From the human T2T-CHM13v2.0 reference genome, Homo sapiens, in assembly GCF_009914755.1 (NCBI RefSeq), contig NC_060929.1: a stretch of 64,000 nucleotides of DNA, one strand, 5' to 3'. Below are positions 1-10,800 of this stretch, piece by piece. The notes under the pieces were generated by a model. That model was not told where the DNA came from and made no database searches. It was given only the letters and a program-made list of their open reading frames with translations. A program made the position numbers and the translations under genes. Each line of letters begins with the position of its first letter. Positions within the stretch are counted from its first letter, which is position 1.

Positions 1-37
1 TAAAGTCTGCAAGTGGATATTTTGACCTCTTTGAGGC

Positions 38-54
38 CTTCGTTGGAAACGGGT
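38..54 (+). promoter_or_regulatory. CENP-B box (first example; the site recurs every ~340 bp, ~188 sites, roughly 89% with an intact core)
   Basis: CTTCGTTGGAAACGGGT matches the core nTTCGnnnnAnnCGGGn. C and D dimers carry the canonical ...CGGGA ending; A, B and E dimers end ...CGGGT followed by a T-tract. Confidence 0.97.
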
Positions 55-109
55 TTTTTCATGTAAGGCTAGACAGAAGAATTCCCAGTAACTTCCTTGT
101 GTTGTGTGT

Positions 110-130
110 GTTCAACTCACAGAGTTGAAC
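110..130. repeat. Short dyad symmetry GTTCAACTC-ACA-GAGTTGAAC (recurs in nearly every J1 monomer)
   Basis: Perfect inverted arms of 9 bp in A dimers and 8 bp (TTCAACTC/GAGTTGAA) in the others, with a 3 nt loop. The J2 monomer has GAGTTTAA, which weakens it. Confidence 0.9.
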
Positions 131-200
131 TTTCATTTACACAGAGCAGATTTGAAACACTCTTTTTGTGGAATTTGCAAGTGGAGATTTCAAGCGCTTT

Positions 201-223
201 GAGGCCAAAGGCAGAAAAGGAAA
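201..223 (+). other. A-box (pJalpha-position) of the J1 monomer, alternating with CENP-B boxes
   Basis: GAGGCCAAAGGCAGAAAAGGAAA (GAGGTCAATGGTAGAAAAGGAAA in other dimers) occupies the position homologous to the CENP-B box, giving the known A/B monomer alternation of SF1. Confidence 0.75.
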
Positions 224-3200
224 TATCTTCGTATAAAAACTAGAGAGAATCATTCTCAGAAACTGCTCTGTGATGTGTGCGTTCAACTCTCAGAGTTTAA
301 CTTTTCTTTTCATTCAGCAGTTTGGAAACACTCTGTTTGTAAAGTCTGCACGTGCATAATTTGACCACTTAGAGGTCTTCGATGGAAACGGGTTTTTTTC
401 ATGTAAGGCTAGACAGAAGAATTCTCAGTAACTTCCTTGTGTTGTGTGTATTCAACTCACAGAGTTGAACGATCCTTTACACAGAGCAGTCTTGTAACAC
501 TCTTTTTGTGGAATTTGCAAGTGGAGATTTCAGCCGCTTTGAAGTCAAAGGTAGAAAAGGAAATATCTTCCTATAAAAACTAGACAGAATGATTCTCTGA
601 AACTCCTTTGTGATGTGTGCGTTCAACTCACAGAGTTTAACCTTTCTTTTCATAGAGCAGTTAGGATACACTCTGTTTGTAAAGTCTGCAAGTGGATATT
701 CAGACCTCTTGGAGGCCTTCGTTGGAAACGGGTTTTTTTCATATAAGGCTAGACAGAAGAATTCCCAGTAACTTCCTTGTGTTGTGTGTGTTCAACTCAC
801 AGAGTTGAACTTTCATTTACACAGAGCAGATTTGAAACACTCTTTTTGTGGAATTTGCAAGTGGAGATTTCAAGCGCTTTGAGGCCAAAGGCAGAAAAGG
901 AAATATCTTCGTATAAAAACTAGACAGAATCATTCTCAGAAAGTGCTCTGCGATGTGTGCGTTCAACTCTCAGAGTTTAACTTTTCTTTTCATTCAGCAG
1001 TTTGGAAACACTCTGTTTGTAAAGTCTGCACGTGGATATTTTGACCACTTAGAGGCCTTCGTTGGAAACGGGTTTTTTTCCTGTAAGGCTAGACAGAAGA
1101 ATTCCCAGTAACTTCCTTGTGTTGTGTTCATTCAACTCACAGAGTTGAACGTTCCCTTAGACAGAGTAGATTTGAAACACTCTTTTTGTGCAATTGGCAA
1201 GTGGAGATTTCAAGCGCTTTAAGGTCAATGGCAGAAAAGGAAATATCTTCGTTTCAAAACTAGACAGAATCATTCCCACAAACTGCGTTGTGATGTGTTC
1301 GTTCAACTCACAGAGTTTAACCTTTCTTTTCATAGAGCAGTTAGGAAACAGTCTGTTTGTAAATTCTGTAAGTGGATATTCTGACATCTTGTGGCCTTCG
1401 TTGGAAACGGGATTTCTTCATATTCTGCTAGACAGAAGAATTCTCAGAATCTTCCTTGTGTTGTGTGTATTCAACTCACAGAGTTGAACGATCCTTTACA
1501 CAGAGCAGACTTGAGACACTCTTTTTGTGGAATTTGCAAGTGGAGATTTCAGCCGCTTTGAGGTCCATGGTAGAAAAGGAAATATCTTCGTATAAAAACT
1601 AGACAGAATGATTCTCAGAAACTTCTTTGTGATGTGTGCGTTCAACTCACAGAGTTTAACCTTTCTTTTCATAGAGCAGTTAGGAAACACTCTGTTTGTA
1701 AACTCTGCAAGTGGATATTCAGACCTCTTTGAGGCCTTCGTTGGAAACGGGATTTCTTCATACTATGCTAGACAGAAGAATTCTCAGTAACTTCCTTGTG
1801 TTGTGTGTATTCAACTCACAGAGTTGAACGTTCCTTTACACAGAGCAGACTTGAAACACTCGTTTTGTGGAATTTGCAAGTGGAGATTTCAGCCGCTTTG
1901 AGGTCAATGGTAGAAAAGGAAATATCTTCGTATAAAAACTAGACAGAATGATTCTCAGAAACTCCTTTGTGATGTGTGTGTTCAACTCACAGAGTTTAAC
2001 CTTTCTTTTCATAGAGCAGTTAGGAAACACTCTGTTTGTAAAGTCTGCATGTGGATATTTTGACCTCTTTGAGGCCTTCGTTGGAAACGGGTTTTTTCAT
2101 GTAAGGATAGACAGAAGAATTCCCAGTAACTTCCTTGGGTTGTGTGTGTTCAACTCACAGAGTTGAACTTTCATTTACACAGAGCAGATTTGAAAAACTC
2201 TTTTTGTGGAATTTGCAAATGGAGATTTCAAGCGCTTTGAGGCCAAAGGCAGAAAAGGAAATATCTTCGTATAAAAACTAGACAGAATCATTCTCAGAGA
2301 CTGCTCTGTGATGTGTGCGTTCAACTCTCAGAGTTTAACTTTTCTTTTCATTCAGCAGTTTAGAAACACTCTGTTTGTAATGTCTGCACGTGGATAATAT
2401 GACCACTTAGAGGCCTTCGTTGGAAACGGGTTTTTTTCATGTAAGGCTAGACAGAAGAATTCTCAGTAACTTCCTTGTGTTGTGTGTATTCAACTCACAG
2501 AGTTGAACGATCCTTTACACAGAGCAGACTTGTAACACTCTTTTTGTGGAATTTGCAAGTGGAGATTTCAGCCGCTCTGAAGTCAAAGGTAGAAAAGGAA
2601 ATATCTTCCTATAAAAACTAGACAGAATGATTCTCAGAAACTCCTTTGTGATGTGTGCGTTCAACTCACAGAGTTTAACCTTTCTTTTCATAGAGCAGTT
2701 AGGAAACACTCTGTTTGTAATGTCTGCAAGTGGATATTCAGACCTCTTTGAGGCCTTCGTTGGAAACGGGTTTTTTTCATATAAGGCTAGACAGAAGAAT
2801 TCCCAGTAACTTCCTTGTGTTGTGTGTGTTCAACTCACAGAGTTGAACTTTCATTTACACAGAGCAGATTTGAAACACTCTTTTTGTGGAATTTGCAAGT
2901 GGAGATTTCAAGCGCTTTGAGGCCAAAGGCAGAAAAGGAAATATCTTCGTATAAAAACTAGACAGAATCATTCTCAGAAACTGCTCTGCGATGTGTGCGT
3001 TCAACTCTCAGAGTTTAACTTTTCTTTTCATTCAGCAGTTTGGAAACACTCTGTTTGTAAAGTCTGCACGTGGATATTTTGACCACTTAGAGTCCTTCGT
3101 TGGAAACGGGTTTCTTTCCTGTAAGGCTAGACAGAAGAATTCCCAGTAACTTCCTTGTGTTGTGTACATTCAACTCACAGAGTTCAACGTTCCCTTAGAC

Positions 3201-4839
3201 AGAGCAGATTTGAAACACTCTTTTTGTGCAATTGGCAAGTGGAGATTTCAAGCGCTTTAAGGTCAATGGCAGAAAAGGAAATATCTTCGTTTCAAAACTA
3301 GACAGAATCATTCCCACAAACTGCGTTGTGATGTGTTCGTTCATCTCACAGAGTTTAACCTTTCTTTTCATAGAGCATTGAGGAAACAGTCTGTTTGTAA
3401 ATTCTGTAAGTGGATATTCTGACATCTTGTGGCCTTCGTTGGAAACGGGATTTCTTCATATTCTGCTAGACAGAAGAATTCTCAGAATCTTCCTTGTGTT
3501 GTGTGTATTCAACTCACAGAGTTGAATGATGGTTTACACAGAGCAGATTTGAAACACTCTTTTTGTGGAATTTGCAAGTGGAGATTTCAGCCGCTTTGAG
3601 GTCAATGGTAGAAAAGGAAATATCTTCGTATAAAAACTAGACAGAATGATTCTCAGAAACTTCTTTGTGATGTGTGCGTTCAACTCACAGAGTTTAACCT
3701 TTCTTTTCATAGAGCAGTTAGGAAACACTCTGTTTGTAAACTCTGCAAGTGGATATTCAGACCTCTTTGAGGCCTTCGTTGGAAACGGGATTTCTTCATA
3801 CTGTGCTAGACAGAAGAATTCTCAGTAACTTCCTTGTGTTGTGTGTATTCAACTCACAGAGTTGGACGATCCTTTACACAGAGCGGACTTGAAACACTCT
3901 TTTTGTGGAATTTGCAAGTGGAGATTTCAGCCGCGTTGAGGTCAATGGTAGAAAAGGAAATATCTTCGTATAAAAACTAGACAGATTGATTCTCAGAAAC
4001 TCCTTTTTGATGTGTGTCTTCAACTCACAGAGTTTAAACTTTCTTTTCATAGAGCAGTTAGGAAACACTCTGTTTGTATACTCTGCAAGTGGATATTCAG
4101 ACCTCTTTGAGGCCTTCTTTGGAAAAGGGATTTCTTCATATTGTGCTAGACAGAAGAATTCTCAGTAACTTCCTTGTGTTGTGTGTATTCAACTCACAGA
4201 GTTGAACGATCCTTTACACAGAGCGGACTTGAAACACTCTTTTTGTGGAATTTGCAAGTGGAGATTTAAGCCGCGTTGAGGTCAATGGTAGAAAAGGAAA
4301 TATCTTCGTATAAAAACTAGACAGAATGATTCTCAGAAACTCCTTTGTGATGTGTGTGTTCAACTCACAGAGTTTAACCTTTCTTTTCCTAGAGCAGTTA
4401 GGAAACACTCTGTTTGTAAAGTCTGCAAGTGGATATTCAGACCTCTTTGAGGCCTTCGTTGGAAACGGGTTTTTTTCATATAAGGCTAGACAGAAGAATT
4501 CCCAGTAACTTCCTTGTGTTGTGTGTGTTCAACTCACAGAGTTGAACTTTCATTTACACAGAGCAGATTTGAAACACTCTTTTTGTGGAATTTGCAAGTG
4601 GAGATTTCAAGCGCTTTGAGGCCAAAGGCAGAAAAGGAAATATCTTCGTATAAAAACTAGACAGAATCACTCTCAGAAACTGCTCTGCGATGTGTGCGTT
4701 CAACTCTCAGAGTTTAACTTTTCTTTTCATTCAGCAGTTTGGAAACACTCTGTTTGTAAAGTCTGCACGTGGATATTTTTACCACTCAGAGGCCTTCGTT
4801 GGAAACGGGTTTTTTTCCTGTAAGGCTAGACAGAAGAAT

Positions 4840-7800
4840 TCCCAGTAACTTCCTTGTGTTGTGTACATTCAACTCACAGAGTTGAACGTTCCCTTAGACA
4901 GAGCAGATTTGAAACACTCTTTTTGTGCAATTGGCAAGTGGAGATTTCAAGCGCTTTAAGGTCAATGGCAGAAAAGGAAATATCTTCGTTTCAAAACTAG
5001 ACAGAATCATTCCCACAAACTGCGTTGTGATGTGTTCGTTCAAATCACAGAGTTTAACCTTTCTTTTCATAGAGCAGTTAGGAAACAGTCTGTTTGTAAA
5101 TTCTGTAAGTGGATATTCTGACATCTTGTGGCCTTCGTTGGAAACGGGATTTCTTCATATTCTGCTAGACAGAAGAATTCTCAGAATCTTCCTTGTGTTG
5201 TGTGTATTCAACTCACAGAGTTGAACGATCCTTTACACAGAGCAGACTTGAAACACTCTTTTTGTGGAATTTGCAAGTGGAGATTTCAGCCGCTTTGAGG
5301 TCCATGGTAGAAAAGGAAATATCTTCGTATAAAAACTAGACAGAATGATTCTCAGAAACTTCTTTGTGATGTGTGCGTTCAACTCACAGAGTTTAACCTT
5401 TCTTTTCATAGAGCAGTTAGGAAACACTCTGTTTGTAAACTCTGCAAGTGGATATTCAGACCTCTTTGAAGCCTTCGTTGGAAACGGGATTTCTTCATAC
5501 TATGCTAGACAGAAGAATTCTCAGTAACTTCTTTTTGTTGTGTGTATTCAACTCACAGAGTTGAACGATCCTTTACACAGAGCAGACTTGAAACACTCGT
5601 TTTGTGGAATTTGCAAGTGGAGATTTCAGCCGCGTTGAGGTCAATGGTAGAAAAGGAAATATCTTCGTATAAAAACTAGACAGAGTGATTCTCAGAAACT
5701 CCTTTGTGATGTGTGCATTCAACTCACAGAGTTTAACCTTTCTTTTCATAGAGCAGTTAGGAAACACTCTGTTTGTAAAGTCTGCAAGTGGATATTCAGA
5801 CCTCTTTGAGGCCTTCGTTGGAAACGGGTTTTTTTCATATAAGGCTAGACAGAAGAATTCCCAGTAACTTCCTTGTGTTGTGTGTGTTCAACTCACAGAG
5901 TTGAACTTTCATTTACACAGAGCAGATTTGAAACACTCTTTTTGTGGAATTTGCAAATGGAGATTTCAAACGCTTTGAGGCAAAGCAGAAAAGGAAATAT
6001 CTTCGTATAAAAACTAGACAGAATCATTCTCAGAAACTGCTCTGCGATGTGTGCGTTCAACTCTCAGAGTTTAACTTTTCTTTTCATTCAGCAGTTTGGA
6101 AACACTCTGTTTGTAAAGTCTGCACGTGGAGAATTTGACCACTTAGAGGCCTTCGTTGGAAACGGGTTTTTTTCATGTAAGGCTAGACAGAAGAATTCTC
6201 AGTAACTTCCTTGTGTTGTGTGTATTCAACTCACAGAGTTGAACGATCCTTTACACAGAGCAGACTTGTAACACTCTTTTTGTGGAATTTGCAAGTGGAG
6301 ATTTCAGCCGCTTTGAAGTCAAAGTTAGAAAAGGAAATATCTTCCTTTAAAAATTAGACAGAATGATTCTCAGAAACTCCTTTGTGATGGGTGCGTTCAA
6401 CTCACAGAGTTTAACCTTTCTTTTCATAGAGCAGTTAGGAAACACTCTGTTTGTAAAGTCTGCAAGTGGATATTCAGACCTCTTTGAGACCTTCGTTGGA
6501 AACGGGTTTTTTTCATATAAGGCTAGACAGAAGAATTCCCAGTAACTTCCTTGTGTTGTGTGTGTTCAACTCACAGAGTTGAACTTTGATTTACACAGAG
6601 CAGATTTGAAACACTCTTTTTGTGGAATTTGCAAGTGGAGATTTCAAGCGCTTTGAGGCCAAAGGCAGAAAAGGAAATATCTTCGTATAAAAACTAGACA
6701 GAATCATTCTCAGAAACTGCTCTGCGATGTGTGCGTTCAACTCTCAGAGTTTAACTTTTCTTTTCATTCAGCAGTTTGGAAACACTCTGTTTGTAAAGTC
6801 TGCACGTGGATATTTTGACCAGTTAGAGGCCTTCGTTGGAAACGGGTTTTTTTCCTGTAAGGCTAGACAGAAGAATTCCCAGTAACTTCCTTGTGTTGTG
6901 TACATTCAACTCACAGAGTTGAACGTTCCCTTAGACAGAGCAGATTTGAAACACTCTTTTTGTGCAATTGGCAAGTGGAGATTTCAAGAGTTTTAAGGTC
7001 AATGGCAGAAAAGGAAATATCTTCGTTTCAAAACTAGACAGAATCATTCCCACAAACTGCGTTGTGATGTGTTCGTTCAAATCACAGAGTTTAACCTTTC
7101 TTTTCATAGAGCAGTTAGGAAACACTCTGTTTGTAAATTCTGTAAGTGGATATTCTGACATCTTGTGGCCTTCTTTGGAAACGGGATTTCTTCATATTCT
7201 GCTAGACAGAAGAATTCTCAGAATCTTCCTTGTGTTGTGTGTATTCAACTCACAGAGTTGAACGATCCTTTACACAGAGCAGACTTGAAACACTCTTTTT
7301 GTGGAATTTGCAAGTGGAGATTTCAGCCGCTTTGAGGTCCATGGTAGAAAAGGAAATATCTTCGTATAAAAACTAGACAGAATGATTCTCAGAAACTTCT
7401 TTGTGATGTGTGCGTTCAACTCACAGAGTTTAACCTTTCTTTTCATAGAGCAGTTAGGAAACACTCTGTTTTTAAACTCTGCAAGTGGATATTCAGACCT
7501 CTTTGAGGCCTTCGTTGGAAACGGGATTTCTTCATACTATGCTAGACAGAAGAATTCTCAGTAACTTCTTTGTGTTGTGTGTATTCAACTCACAGAGTTG
7601 AACGATACTTTACACAGAGCAGACTTGATACACTCGTTTTGTGGAATTTGCAAGTGGAGATTTCAGCCGCTTTTAGGTCCGTGGTAGAAAAGGAAATATC
7701 TTCGTATAAAAACTTGACAGAATGATTCTCAGAAACTTCTTTGTGATGTGTGCGTTCAACTCACAGAGTTTAACCTTTCTTTTCATAGAGCAGTTAGGAA

Positions 7801-10800
7801 ACACTCTGTTTGTAAACTCTGCAAGTGGATATTCAGACCTCTTTGAGGCCTTCGTTGGAAACGGGATTTCTACATAGTATGCTAGACACAAGAATTCTCA
7901 GTAACTTCTTTGTGTTGTGTGTATTCAACTCACAGAGTTGAACGATGCTTCACACAGAGCAGCCTTGAAACACTCGTTTTGTGGAATTTGCAAGAGGAGA
8001 TTTCAGCCGCTTTGAGGTCAATGGTAGAAAAGGAAATATCTTCGTATAAAAACTAGACAGAATGATTCTCAGAAACTCCTTTGTGATGTGTGTGTTCAAC
8101 TCACAGAGTTTAACCTTTCTTTTCATAGAGCAGTTAGGAAACACTCTGTTTGTAAAGTCTGCAAGTGGATATTCAGACCTCTTTGAGGCCTTCGTTGGAA
8201 ACGGGTTTTTTTCATATAAGGCTAGACAGAAGAATTCCCAGTAACTTCCTTGTGTTGTGTGTGTTCAACTCACAGAGTTGAACGTTCCCTTAGACAGAGC
8301 AGATTTGAAACACTCTTTTTGTGGAATTTGCAAGTGGAGATTTCAAGCGCTTTGAGGCCAAAGGCAGAAAAGGAAATATCTTCGTATAAAAACTAGACAG
8401 AATCATTCTCAGAATCTGCTCTGTGATGTGTGCGTTCAACTCTCAGAGTTTAACTTTTCTTTTCATTCAGCAGTTTGGAAACACTCTGTTTGTAAAGTCT
8501 GCACGTGGATAATTAGACCACTTAGAGGCCTTCGTTGGAAACGGGTTTTTTTCATGTAAGGCTATACAGAAGAATTCTCAGTAACTTCCTTTTGTTGTGT
8601 GTATTCAACTCACAGAGTTGAACGATCCTTTACACAGAGCAGACTTGTAACACTCTTTTTGTGGAATTTGCAAGTGGAGATTTCAGCCGCTTTGAAGTCA
8701 AAGGTAGAAAAGGAAATATCTTCCTATAAAAACTAGACAGAATGATTCTCAGAAACTCCTTTGTGATGTGTGCGTTCAACTCACAGAGTTTAACCTTTCT
8801 TTTCATAGAGCAGTTAGGAAACACTCTGTTTGTAAAGTCTGCAAGTGGATATTCAGACCTCTTTGAGGCCTTCGTTGGAAACGGGTTTTTTTCATATAAG
8901 GCTAGACAGAAGAATTCCCAGTAACTTCCTTGTGTTGTGTGTGTTCAACTCACAGAGTTGAACTTTCATTTACACAGAGCAGATTTGAAACACTCTTTTT
9001 GTGGAATTTGCAAGTGGAGATTTCAAGCGCTTTGAGGCCAAAGGCAGAAAAGGAAATATCTTCGTATAAAAACTAGACAGAATCACTCTCAGAAACTGCT
9101 CTGCGATGTGTGCGTTCAACTCCCAGAGTTTAACTTTTCTTTTCATTCAGCAGTTTGGAAACACTCTGTTTGTAAAGTCTGCACGTGGATATTTTGACCA
9201 CTCAGAGGCCTTCGTTGGAAACGGGTTTTTTTCCTGTAAGGCTAGACAGAAGAATTCCCAGTAACTTCCTTGTGTTGTGTACATTCAACTCACAGAGTTG
9301 AACGTTCCCTTAGACAGAGCAGATTTGAAACACTCTTTTTGTGCAATTGGCAAGTGGAGATTTCAAGAGATTTAAGGTCAATGGCAGAAAAGGAAATATC
9401 TTCGTTTCAAAACTAGACAGAATCATTCCCACAAACTGCGTTGTGATGTGTTCGTTCAAATCACAGAGTTTAACCTTTCTTTTCATAGAGCAGTTAGGAA
9501 ACAGTCTGTTTGTAAATTCTGTAAGTGGATATTCTGACATCTTGTGGCCTTCGTTGGAAACGGGATTTCTTCATATTCTGCTAGACAGAAGAATTCTCAG
9601 AATCTTCCTTGTGTTGTGTGTATTCAACTCACAGAGTTGAACGATCCTTTACACAGAGCAGACTTGAAACACTCTTTTTGTGGAATTTGCAAGTGGAGAT
9701 TTCAGCCGCTTTGAGGTCCATGGTAGAAAAGGAAATATCTTCGTATAAAAACTAGACAGAATGATTCTCAGAAACTTCTTTGTGATGTGTGCGTTCAACT
9801 CACAGAGTTTAACCTTTCTTTTCATAGAGCAGTTAGGAAACACTCTGTTTGTAAACTCTGCAAGTGGATATTCAGACCTCTTTGAGGCCTTCGTTGGAAA
9901 CGGGATTTCTTCATACTATGCTAGACAGAAGAATTCTCAGTAACTTCTTTGTGTTGTGTGTATTCAACTCACAGAGTTGAACGATACTTTACACAGAGCA
10001 GACTTGATACACTCGTTTTGTGGAATTTGCAAGTGGAGATTTCAGCCGCTTTGACGTCCATGGTAGAAAAGGAAATATCTTCGTATAAAACCTTGACAGA
10101 ATGATTCTCAGAAACTTCTTTGTGATGTGTGCGTTCAACTCACAGAGTTTAACCTTTCTTTTCATAGAGCAGTTAGGAAACACTCTGTTTGTAAAGTCTG
10201 CAAGTGGATATTCAGACCTCTTTGAGACCTTCGTTGGAAACGGGTTTTTTTCATATAAGGCTAGACAGAAGAATTCCCAGTAACTTCCTTGTGTTGTGTG
10301 TGTTCAACTCACAGAGTTGAACTTTGATTTACACAGAGCAGATTTGAAACACTCTTTTTGTGGAATTTGCAAGTGGAGATTTCAAGCGCTTTGAGGCCAA
10401 AGGCAGAAAAGGAAATATCTTCGTATAAAAACTAGACAGAATCATTCTCAGAAACTGCTCTGCGATGTGTGCGTTCAACTCTCAGAGTTTAACTTTTCTT
10501 TTCATTCAGCAGTTTGGAAACACTCTGTTTGTAAAGTCTGCACGTGGATATTTTGACCAGTTAGAGGCCTTCGTTGGAAACGGGTTTTTTTCCTGTAAGG
10601 CTAGACAGAAGAATTCCCAGTAACTTCCTTGTGTTGTGTACATTCAACTCACAGATTTGAACGTTCCCTTAGACAGAGCAGATTTGAAACACTCTTTTTG
10701 TGCAATTGGCAAGTGGAGATTTCAAGAGTTTTAAGGTCAATGGCCGAAAAGGAAATATCTTCGTTTCAAAACTAGACAGAATCATTCCCACAAACTGCGT

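Noticed and set aside
708-745. Terminator-like or Pol III-like signal (GC-rich motif followed by T7)
   Set aside because: This is the CENP-B box and its normal T-tract flank in a eukaryotic satellite; no stable stem or transcription unit supports it.
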